From the NCBI GenBank assembly GCA_016935485.1, contig JAFGQW010000141.1, positions 1-57,676 of the forward strand: 57,676 bases of DNA, read 5' to 3'. This document shows positions 38,012 to 47,919 of this stretch, piece by piece (position 1 is the stretch's first letter; every line of letters starts with the position of its first letter). The position numbers were made by a program, and so were the translations under genes. This DNA comes from Planctomycetota bacterium (GTDB lineage: Bacteria; Planctomycetota; JAFGQW01). The notes under the pieces are model-generated. The model had not been told where the DNA came from. It saw nothing but the letters and a program-made list of their open reading frames with translations, and did not search any database.

Positions 38012-40789
38012 ATGGCCGCCGCTCCTTGCCGGCTCTTCCTGATCGACGGCAGCGCGCTCGCCTACCGCTCCCACTTCGCGCTCAAGGACAACCCGCTCAT
38101 GAACTCGCGGGGCGAGAACACGTCGGCCACCTACCTGTTCGCCCGCACGCTGCGCTCGCTCTTCGAGCGGGAATCGCCGAGCCACATCGCCGTCGTCTTC
38201 GACACGCCCGAACCGACGTTCCGGCATCGCGCCTACGCGCCCTACAAGGCCACCCGCGAAGTGATGCCCGAAGCGCTGGTGCGCCAGCTCCCCCGGATCC
38301 GGGAGCTGGTCGCAGCGCTCGGCGTTGCGGTGGTGGAGAAACCGGGATTCGAGGCGGACGACGTCATCGCCACGCTCGCCCGGCAGGCAGCCGCCGCGGG
38401 CATGGACGCCTGCCTCGTCGCCGGCGACAAGGACTTCATGCAACTGCTCGGCCCGCGGATCCGCATGTACGACCTCAAGCGCGGCGCCGGCAACCCCGAG
38501 ATTCTCGGGCCGGAGGCAGCCGTGGCGCGATTCGGCGTCCCGCCGGACCAGGTCGTCGACGTGCTGGGCCTCATGGGCGACACCGCCGACAACGTGCCCG
38601 GCGTCCCGGGCATCGGCCCGAAGACGGCCAAGAGAATCATCGCCGAGCACGGCAGCCTCGAGGCGGCCCTCGAGGCGGCCAGGCAGGGCGGGATCGGAGG
38701 ACGCACGGGACAGCGCCTCGTCGAGCACGCGGAGCAGGCGCGCCTTTGCCGGCGGCTGGTGACCCTCGATGCGGCGGTGGATCTGGACGTCGCTCCGGAC
38801 GATCTCACGCGCCGTGCCGCCGATCCCGCCGCGCTGAGAGCGCTCTACGGCCAGCTCGAGTTTCAGGATCTGCTGCGCGAGGTCGCGTCGAGCGAGGTGC
38901 CCGGGACAGAGCGCGAGTATCACGTCATCCGCACCCCGGCGGCTCTCGACGAGCTGATCGGCCGGCTGCGGGCCGCCCGACGGTTCGTCCTCGACCTCGA
39001 GACGACCGGTCTCAATCCGCGCCGGGCGGCGATCGTCGGGATCAGCGTCGCCATCCGGCCGCACGAGGCCTTCTACGTGCCCACCAACCTGGAGCCGCCG
39101 ATGTTCGGCGAGACGGCCGCGAGCGCCGCTCCCGTCGCGGCGGGCTGCCTCTTTCCGGAAGCGCGCGGCCCGGACGACACGGCCGCGGTGCTCGCGGCCT
39201 TCCGGCCGCTGCTCGCCGACCCGGCCGTCGGCAAGTGCGGTCAGAACATCAAGTACGACCTCCTCGTGCTGCGCCGCCACGGCGTCGATGTGGCCGGGGT
39301 CGTCTTCGACACCATGGTGGCGGCCTATCTCGAGGATCCCGGGGCACGCCAGCACGGGCTCGACGCGCTGGCGCTGCGCCTGCTCGGCCTAAAGAAGATC
39401 CCGACCGAATCCCTGATCGGCCGCGGCAAGCAGCAGATCACGATGGCCGAGGTCCCGGTGGAGCGGGTCGCGGAGTACGCCTGCGAGGATGCGGACGTCA
39501 CGTGCCGGCTCTGGAACCGGTTCGAAAGGCGCCTGGAGGAGCTGGACCTCGTGGCGCTCAACCGCGAGGTGGAGGTGCCGCTGATCGGCGTGCTCGCCGA
39601 CCTCGAGGACCGCGGCATTCGGGTCGACGTGGGCCGCCTCGCGGCGTTCGGCACGGAGCTCGGCCGGGATCTGGCGCGCCTGGAGGCCGAGCTCCACGAG
39701 CTGGCCGGCGAGCGCTTCAACGTGCTGAGCCCCAGGCAGCTCCAGCCCATCCTCTACGAGAAGCTCCGGGTCCACGAGCAGCTGGGCGTCAAGCGCATCA
39801 AGCGCACCAAGACCGGCCTCAGCACGGACCAGGAGGTCCTGGAGGCGCTCCGCGCGCACCCCTTCGTGGCGAAGCTCCTCGAGTACCGCACGCGCTCCAA
39901 GCTGCTCAACACCTACGTGGAGGCGCTGCCGGCGCTGGTGGATCCCGGCGACGGCCGCATCCACACCTCGTTCAACCAGACGGTCGCCGCCACGGGACGG
40001 CTCAGCTCCTCCAACCCGAACCTGCAGAACATCCCCATCCGCACCGAGATCGGCCGGCGCATCCGCGAGGCTTTCCTTCCGGCGGCGGCCGGCTGGAAGC
40101 TGATCAGCGCCGACTACAGCCAGGTGGAGCTGCGCGTGCTCGCGCACCTGAGCCAGGACGCCGCCCTGCTCGAGGGCTTCCGCGCGGGCGAGGACATCCA
40201 CCGCCGCACGGCCGCGCTGGTCTTCAAGGTCGCCCCGGAGGACGTCACCCCGGCGCTGCGCTCCCAGGCCAAGGCAATCAACTTCGGCATCCTCTACGGC
40301 ATGGGCTCGCAGCGCCTGGCCCGGGAGACCGGGATCCGCGAGCCCGAGGCGCGCGCGTTCATCGACGCGTACTTCGAGCGGCTGCCGGCGGTCAAGGCCT
40401 TCCTCGACGGCTGCGTCGCGCAGGCCGAGAAGGACGGCTTCGTCACGACGCTGCTCCGGCGCCGGCGCAACCTGCCGGAGATCCGCTCCACGGACCCGCG
40501 CATCAAGGCGCAAGCGCGGAACATCGCGGTCAATACGCCGATCCAGGGAACCGCCGCCGATCTGATCAAGGTGGCGATGGTCAACCTCCACCGCCGCCTG
40601 CAGGCGGCGGGGCTCGAGGCGGGCATTCTCCTCCAGGTCCACGACGAGCTCGTCCTCGAGGCGCCCGATGCGGAGGTGGAGGAAGTGATCGCGCTGGCCC
40701 GCCGGGAGATGGAGGGGGCATTCCGGCTCGAAGTGCCGTTGCGGGTTGACGTCGGCGTGGGCAGCAACTGGCTCGAGGCGCACGCCTGA
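38012..40789 (+). CDS. polA: DNA polymerase I
   Basis: ATG after aggagg. 5'-nuclease LFLIDGSALAYRSHFA. 3'-5' exo-like domain FVLDLETTGL. Polymerase motifs DYSQVELRVLAH, RRxAKxINFGILYG-type (QAKAINFGILYGM) and QVHDELV. Confidence 0.95.
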   Translation: MAAAPCRLFLIDGSALAYRSHFALKDNPLMNSRGENTSATYLFARTLRSLFERESPSHIAVVFDTPEPTFRHRAYAPYKATREVMPEALVRQLPRIRELVAALGVAVVEKPGFEADDVIATLARQAAAAGMDACLVAGDKDFMQLLGPRIRMYDLKRGAGNPEILGPEAAVARFGVPPDQVVDVLGLMGDTADNVPGVPGIGPKTAKRIIAEHGSLEAALEAARQGGIGGRTGQRLVEHAEQARLCRRLVTLDAAVDLDVAPDDLTRRAADPAALRALYGQLEFQDLLREVASSEVPGTEREYHVIRTPAALDELIGRLRAARRFVLDLETTGLNPRRAAIVGISVAIRPHEAFYVPTNLEPPMFGETAASAAPVAAGCLFPEARGPDDTAAVLAAFRPLLADPAVGKCGQNIKYDLLVLRRHGVDVAGVVFDTMVAAYLEDPGARQHGLDALALRLLGLKKIPTESLIGRGKQQITMAEVPVERVAEYACEDADVTCRLWNRFERRLEELDLVALNREVEVPLIGVLADLEDRGIRVDVGRLAAFGTELGRDLARLEAELHELAGERFNVLSPRQLQPILYEKLRVHEQLGVKRIKRTKTGLSTDQEVLEALRAHPFVAKLLEYRTRSKLLNTYVEALPALVDPGDGRIHTSFNQTVAATGRLSSSNPNLQNIPIRTEIGRRIREAFLPAAAGWKLISADYSQVELRVLAHLSQDAALLEGFRAGEDIHRRTAALVFKVAPEDVTPALRSQAKAINFGILYGMGSQRLARETGIREPEARAFIDAYFERLPAVKAFLDGCVAQAEKDGFVTTLLRRRRNLPEIRSTDPRIKAQARNIAVNTPIQGTAADLIKVAMVNLHRRLQAAGLEAGILLQVHDELVLEAPDAEVEEVIALARREMEGAFRLEVPLRVDVGVGSNWLEAHA

Positions 40790-40837
40790 GCGGCAGCTCC
40801 GGCGCCGACCCGGTGCCGGGCGAAGGCGGGCCCGCGG

Positions 40838-41713
40838 TCAGCCGCGCTGACGCTCCGCCGCGGCGACGATGTTGCGGAGCAGCAGCGCCACGGTCAGGGG
40901 CCCGACGCCGCCCGGAACCGGCGTCAGATGACCCGCAACGGCGCCGACGCTCTCGAAATCCACGTCGCCCACGATCCGCGTGCGCGTCGCTCCGTCGGGC
41001 TCGACGTCCGCGATCCGGTTGATGCCGATGTCGATGACCACGGCGCCGGGCTTGACCATGTCGCCGCGGATGAGCCGGGGGCGGCCGGCCGCGACGAACA
41101 GGCCGTCGGCCCGGCTCGTGTGGTCGGCCAGTCGCTCGGTGTAGATGTGGCAGACGGTGACGGTCGCCCACCGCTGGAGCGCGAGCAGCGCGAGCGGAGT
41201 TCCCACGGTCTCGCCCGCGCCGACGATGACCACGTGGCGGCCCCGGAACGGGAAGCCGGCGGCGTGCGCGAGCTCCACGGCCGCCGCGGCGGTGCAGGGC
41301 GGCAGCGCGCTCGCGGCAGGACCGAGCAGGCTCGTGTTCTGGGGATGGATGCCCTCGACGTCCTTCAGGGGGTCGATGTGCACGCGAAGCGCGGCGAAGT
41401 CGACCCCGGGGCCGAACGGTTTCACCACAAGGATGCCCGAGAGCTTCGGGTCGCGGTTGGCGGCGTCGAGTCGCGCTCGCACCTGCGCCGTGTCGGCCCC
41501 GGCGGGAAGGACCTCCTCGGAGAATCCGATCCCCTCGCGCTCGCACGCCCGCGCCTGTGCCTTCGCGTAGAGCACCGCGGCGGGATCCTCTCCCGCGCGG
41601 AGCGCCAGGAGGTGGGGCGAATAGCCACGCGCGGCCAGCCGCGCCAGCCGCGGCCGGATCGCGGCGCGGATCTCCTCGGCGAGAGCCCGGCCGTCGAGGA
41701 TGTGGGCCGCCAT
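40838..41713 (-). CDS. folD: bifunctional methylenetetrahydrofolate dehydrogenase/cyclohydrolase
   Basis: ILDGRALAEEIRAAIR, DVEGIHPQN, VVIVGAGETVGTPLALLL, TPVPGGVGPLTVALLLRN. Confidence 0.92.
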   Translation of the reverse strand: MAAHILDGRALAEEIRAAIRPRLARLAARGYSPHLLALRAGEDPAAVLYAKAQARACEREGIGFSEEVLPAGADTAQVRARLDAANRDPKLSGILVVKPFGPGVDFAALRVHIDPLKDVEGIHPQNTSLLGPAASALPPCTAAAAVELAHAAGFPFRGRHVVIVGAGETVGTPLALLALQRWATVTVCHIYTERLADHTSRADGLFVAAGRPRLIRGDMVKPGAVVIDIGINRIADVEPDGATRTRIVGDVDFESVGAVAGHLTPVPGGVGPLTVALLLRNIVAAAERQRG

Positions 41714-42312
41714 GGCGCTACCGATCTCCTGATGACGGGGCGGCAGAGAGATGCCATTCCTCTCGCAGGCCCCGGCCGCCGCGGTGCGCTGTCCGCTACC
41801 GGCCGCGTCGTTCCGGACCGCGCGGGGGCGGTCCGCCTTGCGGCGCCGAGCGCACGCCAGCCCGCGGTTCGACTGCGGCAGCGCGCCGACGCGTACGGCG
41901 TAACGGCTGTCGATCGCTGGACTTGGCGGCTTCTTCGCGCCGCCGTGGGAAGTTCGCGTGACACAGTATAGTGCGGGGACTGCCCGCGGCCCACAGCCGT
42001 CAGCGGTCAGCGCTCCGCTTGAGCCGTGTGACGGCTGGCCCGGCGGGTAACCGAGATCACGCCCGGCCGCACGTTTCTCGGAATCCGTACCGGACCGCCG
42101 GCAGGTTCATCGAACGTCCTGCAAGCTGTGCTCGAGAATGGACTTGCGGATTTCTGCTCGCCGTGCGAAGAGGTTCGGGCGTTACGGTGAGGAGCGGGGA
42201 GCTCCGTCGACGGAGGAATCGCCGGCGGGCGCCGCGTCCGGACTCCGTCCGGAACCGCCGGTCGCGCGCCCGCGATTTCCGGGCCCCCGGCCGATGCGGC
42301 TCGCAGGAGACC

Positions 42313-43140
42313 ATGTACAGAACGAGCTACACCGGGAGCGGCTGGAACTTCTTCCAGCGCCCCGTGCCGCGGGTGATCAAGATCCTGCTCGGCGCCAATC
42401 TCGGCGTCTTCGCGCTGCAGTACGGGCTCAGCCTGGCGGCGGGTTCGGATCTGCTGGGCTCCTGGCTGGCGCTGCGCCCGCAGGCCGCCGTCGAGGGACT
42501 GCGCGTCTGGCAGTTCCTGACCTACGCCTACCTGCACAGTCTCGACAACCCCTTCCACATCCTGCTCAACATGCTGTTTCTCTGGATGTTCGGCGCCGAG
42601 CTCGGGGAGTACTTCGGGGCGCGGCGCTTCCTCGTGTTCTACCATCTGTGCGCGTTCATGGGCGCGGTCTGGCAGGTGATCGCCGCCTACGCGCAGAACA
42701 CCACGCTGCCGGTACTCGGGGCCTCCGGCGCGATCTACGGGATCTTCACGGTCTACGCGCTGCTGTTTCCCAACCGTCAGGTCCTGCTCTTCCTGCTGAT
42801 TCCCATCCGGATGAAGTACCTGATCCTGATCCTGGTGGGCATCGACTTCCTGTCGGGCACGCGGTTTCTGAGCCCCGGAACGGCCCACTTCTGCCATCTC
42901 GGTGGGGTCGCGGGGGGGCTCGCCTTCCACTTCCTGCACCGTCGCCTGGAGTCCTTCCTCGCGGGCTTCGAGGCGCGCTCGCAGGCCCGCGAGACGGCGC
43001 GGGAAGCCGCCGTCCGCGAGACGGTCGATCGGCTCCTGGAGAAGATCCGCCGCGAAGGGATGCACAAGCTCACCGCGCGCGAGAAACGGTTCCTCAACCA
43101 TGCGAGCAAGCTCTACCAGAAGGACGATCCTCGCGGCTAG
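42313..43140 (+). CDS. rhomboid family intramembrane serine protease
   Basis: ATG after aggaga. HILLNMLFLWMFG, catalytic GASGAIYG and HLGGVAGG. Six or seven TM segments. Confidence 0.85.
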   Translation: MYRTSYTGSGWNFFQRPVPRVIKILLGANLGVFALQYGLSLAAGSDLLGSWLALRPQAAVEGLRVWQFLTYAYLHSLDNPFHILLNMLFLWMFGAELGEYFGARRFLVFYHLCAFMGAVWQVIAAYAQNTTLPVLGASGAIYGIFTVYALLFPNRQVLLFLLIPIRMKYLILILVGIDFLSGTRFLSPGTAHFCHLGGVAGGLAFHFLHRRLESFLAGFEARSQARETAREAAVRETVDRLLEKIRREGMHKLTAREKRFLNHASKLYQKDDPRG

Positions 43141-44023
43141 CCTGCTGATCGTCGTGCCGGCGGGGCTGCTGCTCCTGCTGCTCCACCTGGTGCTGCCGCG
43201 CCTGCGCGAGGAGAACTTCAAGCGCTACTTCGACCGTCCGCGCAAGATCACGAACGAGCAGTTCACCCTCTACGCGGAAGCGGACGACCCGGCGGGCGAT
43301 GCAGCGGCCGACGTGCTGCGGACCTTCCTCAACCACCTCTACGCGCGCTGGGGCGATGGCGAGCGGCTCGATCTGGTGGGCCAGCGCGAGCTCGAGCATC
43401 CGGTGGTGGTGCTGCTGCTGCGCGACCATGCACGGCTCAAGGACTACCACGGGCCGCGCTACCGCACGCAGACGATCGAGTTCAACGCCGGCATGTACGA
43501 GCCGATCGCGGGCACGATTGCGCTGGTCTCCGGCCGGCTGTCCGCGCCGGCCGAACTCCGGCGCATCCTCTGCCACGAGGCGACCCACCTGGTGCTGGAC
43601 CGCCTGGTGCGCGGGGGCAATCACGACTGGAGCCTGTGGCTGAACGAGGGGCTGGCGACCTACCTCGAGGCGAGCCGGCCGCTGGCGGGCGTTGGATTCC
43701 GGCTGGGGGGGCTCACGCCGGCGCACGTCGACACGGTCTCCGAGCGGCTGCCGGTCTCGGTCGCGGACGTCCTCGCGCTCACGCCCGCCGATTTCACGGC
43801 GCTCGACAACCGCCGGGCGTACGCGCTGGCGAGCGTGTTCATCGGGTTCCTCCTCGAAGGGGAGGGCCGGCGCTACGAGCACCGGTTCTGGCAGTACGTG
43901 GCCGCCGAGCGGGCCCCCGGCCCGGTGGCGCCAGGCAGGTTCGAGAGCGTTTTCCGCCTTCCGCTCGGGCAGCTCGACGCCGCGTTCCAGGCCTTCGTGC
44001 GCGAGCAGCGCTACCTGCGGTAG
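43100..44023 (+). CDS. membrane-anchored peptidase MA-like (DUF1570/Peptidase_MA_2-type) protein
   Basis: N-terminal TM segment ILAASLLIVVPAGLLLLLL. Zincin motif CHEATHLVL, then WLNEGLATYLE. Overlaps the rhomboid gene by 41 nt. Confidence 0.7.
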   Translation: MRASSTRRTILAASLLIVVPAGLLLLLLHLVLPRLREENFKRYFDRPRKITNEQFTLYAEADDPAGDAAADVLRTFLNHLYARWGDGERLDLVGQRELEHPVVVLLLRDHARLKDYHGPRYRTQTIEFNAGMYEPIAGTIALVSGRLSAPAELRRILCHEATHLVLDRLVRGGNHDWSLWLNEGLATYLEASRPLAGVGFRLGGLTPAHVDTVSERLPVSVADVLALTPADFTALDNRRAYALASVFIGFLLEGEGRRYEHRFWQYVAAERAPGPVAPGRFESVFRLPLGQLDAAFQAFVREQRYLR

Positions 44024-44235
44024 CGGGGCGGCATCGCGAACGCCGCGAGGGAGAGCGCGGCCGCCGCGTTTGGGGGTTTCACGATCCGCCCGTGGAGAGT
44101 ATCTTTTACGAGGCCGGATCGGGCGAGCGCGGTCCGCAGGCGGGCCGCGCGGCCGACCAGACCCCGCGTCGGGGGTGGCTGCCCGCCGCCGGCGGGCGTG
44201 CCGGCGCCGTCCGGTCCCAGGAGCTGGAGCAGGAT

Positions 44236-46242
44236 ATGACCCCACGCAGACTTGCGCTCGTTCTGGGCGTGCTCTTCCTTACGACCGTCATGGCGGGCGC
44301 ACATCTCGCCGCGCAGCGCGAGATCGACTTCTGGACCGACTACAAGGCCGCCCTCGACGACCCCTCGGGCTTCGCGAAGCGGCGCGATCTGGTGCAGAAC
44401 AACCGCACCCTCGTGCACGGCGCGATGACCTACCAGATCTTCGCGATCGCGCAGGCCTGGATCGCGAACAACGAGGAGGACGTGCAGAGTCGCCTGGCCC
44501 TGATGGAGGACGTCGGGCGCATGTACGAGACCATCCATCGCTCCAAGGTGATCGAGCTGCGCATCCAGTTCGCCAAGAGCCTGGATGCCGACAAGTCGCA
44601 GGACCTGGTGGAGGCGAACGACACCTACAACCGGCTGCTCAACCTGCACAACACCGAGAGAAAGACGCCCCAGCTGGTGGAGCAGATGATCGGGCAGGGC
44701 ACCGAGGTCATCGAGGGCTTCAAGCGGGCCGGCGAGGACTACATCCTGGGGGAGATCTGCGAGTTCATCTCCCGCTACCATCGGATGAAGGAGGACTACC
44801 TCGAGGAGGCGAAGCTCCTCGCGCACGCCCGCCAGTGCCTGGCGCGCCACCGGCGCACGGAGAAGGAGAACGAGGTCGCGCTCCGGCTCCGCCAGATCGA
44901 GCAGGACCACGACATCCGGCTGGACCGGACGGGCGGCGAGGCGCCGACGGTCGAGCGCAAGGCGCCGAAGGTGCGCCGGGAGCCCAAGGCGTTCCCGCCG
45001 GTGGTGTTGACCTACAAGACCGACAAGGGCCCGGGGACGTTCGACAGTCTGGCGACGCACAACACGCTCGACCACGTGCTCTGGCGGGGCATCGGCGTGG
45101 AGAAGGGCAAGGACAAGGCGGCGACCTGGCCGCTCGGGGACGGCTCGGTCATCTGGTGGGAGGGGGGCACCAAGCTCTTCCTCGATCCGGACAACTCCGG
45201 GAAGAACCCCGTGCGGCTCAAGGCCGGCGCCGGCACGCAGGCCGTGATGGACATCCCGGTGCACTACGCGCGCGGCACGGGCAAGTACCGCCTCCTCCTG
45301 CGCATGCTGGGCGAGACCGAGAAACTTCTCGGCGAAGGGTTCAACTTCAGCTCCTCCACCCGGGTGTATCTGCAGATGGCCCGCGCCTGCCACATGGAGG
45401 GCAAGTTCAACGGGGTGCGGTTCATGCTCGTCGACGACAACCTCAACGGCAAGTACGACGACTACGGCCAGGACCTGGTGGCGTTCGACAAGCAGCCGAC
45501 CCAGCCGCTCAGCCCGGTCATGGACTTCGGCGGCACGCTCTACTCCGTCGCGCGGGTCAAGCCCGAGGGTTCCGAGGTCTCCTTCCAGGAGTACGTGGGC
45601 GACACCGGGAAGATCCAGTTCAAGTGGACCGGCGGCCGGGGCGTCACTCCGGTGTTCCTCGTCGTGGTGTGCACGCGCGGCGAATTCCAGAACTGCTTCT
45701 TCAACGTGGGCAGCGGCGAGCCCGTCACGGTGCCCAACGGCTTCTACCAGTTCGCCAGGGGCATGCTGGCCCAGGGACAGGGCAAGAAGATCCGGTTGGC
45801 GACCATCGCCACGGGAAAGAGCGAGGTCTTCGAGGTCGAGGAGAACACGACCACCGTGAAGGAGCTCGGCGCGCCCTACGACATCGTCTGCGCGATCAGC
45901 CAGGCCCCCGAAGGCGTGCAAATCCGGGGCAAGGACGTCAAGATCTACGGCGCGATGAAAGAGCACTACCAGCACTTCTATCCGGATTCCTACACCCCGG
46001 TGCTGTCGGTCCGCGTCGCCGGCAGCGGCGCCCGGATCGTCCAGAACAAGAAGCTCGGCCGCCCCGACGGCAACGACGCCATCCGCAAGGAGGGCGGCTG
46101 GGACAACATGTGGTATCCCACGGACTTCGAGTTCAAAGGCGCCCTGGACCAGCGCTACGAGGTGAAGGTCGACCTGGACACGCCGCTGCTGGGCAAGTTG
46201 AAGGGCAACTGGAACGAGGCGGAGATGATCGTCGGCCCGTAG
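44236..46242 (+). CDS. hypothetical secreted protein (668 aa, no domain recognised)
   Basis: ATG after ggagcagga. Signal LALVLGVLFLTTVMAGAHLAA. Strong GC3 bias with a normal, non-low-complexity amino-acid composition: a helical N-terminal third and a beta-rich remainder. Confidence 0.75.
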   Translation: MTPRRLALVLGVLFLTTVMAGAHLAAQREIDFWTDYKAALDDPSGFAKRRDLVQNNRTLVHGAMTYQIFAIAQAWIANNEEDVQSRLALMEDVGRMYETIHRSKVIELRIQFAKSLDADKSQDLVEANDTYNRLLNLHNTERKTPQLVEQMIGQGTEVIEGFKRAGEDYILGEICEFISRYHRMKEDYLEEAKLLAHARQCLARHRRTEKENEVALRLRQIEQDHDIRLDRTGGEAPTVERKAPKVRREPKAFPPVVLTYKTDKGPGTFDSLATHNTLDHVLWRGIGVEKGKDKAATWPLGDGSVIWWEGGTKLFLDPDNSGKNPVRLKAGAGTQAVMDIPVHYARGTGKYRLLLRMLGETEKLLGEGFNFSSSTRVYLQMARACHMEGKFNGVRFMLVDDNLNGKYDDYGQDLVAFDKQPTQPLSPVMDFGGTLYSVARVKPEGSEVSFQEYVGDTGKIQFKWTGGRGVTPVFLVVVCTRGEFQNCFFNVGSGEPVTVPNGFYQFARGMLAQGQGKKIRLATIATGKSEVFEVEENTTTVKELGAPYDIVCAISQAPEGVQIRGKDVKIYGAMKEHYQHFYPDSYTPVLSVRVAGSGARIVQNKKLGRPDGNDAIRKEGGWDNMWYPTDFEFKGALDQRYEVKVDLDTPLLGKLKGNWNEAEMIVGP

Positions 46243-46262
46243 CGCCGGTTCCCGCACCCCGA

Positions 46263-47240
46263 TCAGCGGCCGAGCTGATGGCGCTCCAGGAGCTTCAAGA
46301 GCGGGTTGTTGGCCGGGACGCTTCCCGGGGGAGGAACCGCGCCGACGGGAAACCCGCCCAGCAGCGGGTTGAGGGCGGGAGTCGTGCCGGAGCCCGGCGG
46401 GGTGGCGCCCGGGGTGGCGGGGCCGCCCGCGGCTTGCGGCGCGCGCGGGTCCTTGGGTTCGAGCGCAGCGAGCTTCGAGCTGTCCTCGCTCATTCCCGGG
46501 GGGAGCGCGACGATCCGGTAGACCTCCTGCCGGCGGAACCGATCGACGCGCCGGGCGCCGGGCTCCTCCTCGTCCTGCGCGGCGGGCGTGCCGAGCGAAA
46601 CGGTGAGCATGATCAGCACCAGCCGCGGCAGCCCGTCCTCCGGGGTGTACTCCCAGTGCTCGCGGCCCTTGTCCCAGGCGATCTCGGTGTCGTCGCGCCC
46701 GAGGAACTTGAGATCGAACGCCTCCACCTGATCGTGGAGCAGCGCGAACCGCCCGCCCTCGCTCGCCTTGCGGTCCAGGATCGCCTCGCGCCGGTACAGG
46801 GACAGGTAGCCCTCGCGGGTGCGGCTGGCGACTGCGGTGTAGGTGATCTCGCGGAAGCCGGACACGCCCACCGGATCGTGGTCGAGCGTGGGCAGGCGCG
46901 CGGGGGTCGCGCTGATCAGGGTGAGGCAGTCGGCAGGCAGCGAGAGCTCCGTGTTGTCCTCCGCGACGAAGGGCTTCTCGCCGTCGAACTCGGCCACGTA
47001 GACCGTCGCGAGATCGGCGGCGATCATGTCGACGATCCGGTCGGCCAGGAGGGCGGCGTCGTTGTAGCCGGCCAGGCGCGCCTGGGTGGTCAGCGTGCCG
47101 TGGACCACGCCGTAGAGCACCGCGCAGATCATCGCCGTGAGCGTGATCGCCAGCAGCACTTCCACCAGGGTGAAGCCGGCGTCTCGCCCGCGGTGGGGGG
47201 GCGCGCCGCAGCGCGTACCGCGCGTTTCTGTCTGCCGCAT
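46263..47240 (-). CDS. gspJ: type II secretion minor pseudopilin, GspJ-like
   Basis: ATG at 47240 after ggaggagg. Prepilin-type N-terminus RDAG/FTLVEVLLAITL. Pro/Gly-rich C-terminal tail. The assignment to J rather than K rests on gene order and size only. Confidence 0.6.
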   Translation of the reverse strand: MRQTETRGTRCGAPPHRGRDAGFTLVEVLLAITLTAMICAVLYGVVHGTLTTQARLAGYNDAALLADRIVDMIAADLATVYVAEFDGEKPFVAEDNTELSLPADCLTLISATPARLPTLDHDPVGVSGFREITYTAVASRTREGYLSLYRREAILDRKASEGGRFALLHDQVEAFDLKFLGRDDTEIAWDKGREHWEYTPEDGLPRLVLIMLTVSLGTPAAQDEEEPGARRVDRFRRQEVYRIVALPPGMSEDSSKLAALEPKDPRAPQAAGGPATPGATPPGSGTTPALNPLLGGFPVGAVPPPGSVPANNPLLKLLERHQLGR

Positions 47241-47328
47241 CGTGGGTCCTCCTCCGGGACCGGCCCGATCCGGACCGCCGCCGACGCGCGGCCCCCTCCC
47301 GGAGGGGGTGGCGCGCCCGGTGGCTCTC

Positions 47329-47919
47329 CTATCGGCCCCGCGGCGCGCCGTCGCTCGGCAAGCCGCCCAGGGCGCCGCCCAGGGCGCCGCCAAGCGCCTT
47401 GGCGAGCGCTTGCGCGTCGGCCTCCTTCAGATAGTATGTCGTCACTTCCAGCACGGAGAAGCCCTCGTCGTTGCGCGCGGGATACGTGACCTCCACCACG
47501 TAGCGCTTCAGCCCTTCCTCCGCGGGCGCCTCCCCCGCGAGCGGCTCGGCGGCGCCCGGCCCCGGCGTGGCCGGCGCGTCCGGTTTCTTGGCCGGGTCGT
47601 TGAGGAACTCGAGCTCCGCCTCCGCGAGCTCGACCATCTCGACCTCCTTGATGCGCCAGTGAAAGCCGGGATACTGCCGCTCGTCGAACGCGTCTGCCTC
47701 GCCCGCCGTGTAGTCCTTGCCGCCGTGGATCTCCTCCAGGATCTGCATGGCCAGCCGGCGCGCCGTCCGAGCGTTCTTGGCGGCGGCCGTCTGGACGATC
47801 GCCCGGTCGCGCACGATCAGCAGGCTCACCACCGTGACCGAGAAGATCGCCGTGGCCACGACCACCTCGAGGAGCGTGAGCCCCCGGTCACTGCCCGGGG
47901 AGCGCGTCCACGACACCAT
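47329..47919 (-). CDS. gspI: type II secretion minor pseudopilin, GspI-like
   Basis: Prepilin-type N-terminus DRG/LTLLEVVVATAIF. The C-terminus carries ALGGALGGALGG, encoded by a 12-nt tandem repeat (47362-47397). Confidence 0.6.
   Translation of the reverse strand: MVSWTRSPGSDRGLTLLEVVVATAIFSVTVVSLLIVRDRAIVQTAAAKNARTARRLAMQILEEIHGGKDYTAGEADAFDERQYPGFHWRIKEVEMVELAEAELEFLNDPAKKPDAPATPGPGAAEPLAGEAPAEEGLKRYVVEVTYPARNDEGFSVLEVTTYYLKEADAQALAKALGGALGGALGGLPSDGAPRGR

Noticed and set aside
36020-40789. 1589-aa + strand ORF
   Set aside because: Only the part from the ATG at 38012 (preceded by aggagg) is DNA polymerase I. The upstream 664 codons are an out-of-frame read through ftsH, which has its own unmistakable frame (36027-37952).
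41714-41990. Folate (THF) riboswitch in the folD leader
   Set aside because: I could not recognise the conserved THF-riboswitch core by eye, and this class is mainly known upstream of folate transporters in Firmicutes. An Infernal scan would be needed to exclude it formally.
43636-44235. N-terminal 200-codon extension of the 868-aa ORF (and similar extensions at 2161, 3044, 4261, 5094, 33209, 41971, 42902)
   Set aside because: The extensions overlap the upstream genes out of frame and are Arg/Pro/Gly-rich. In each case an internal ATG, GTG or TTG with an SD-like sequence and a sensible N-terminus (signal peptide or conserved motif) is the better start.
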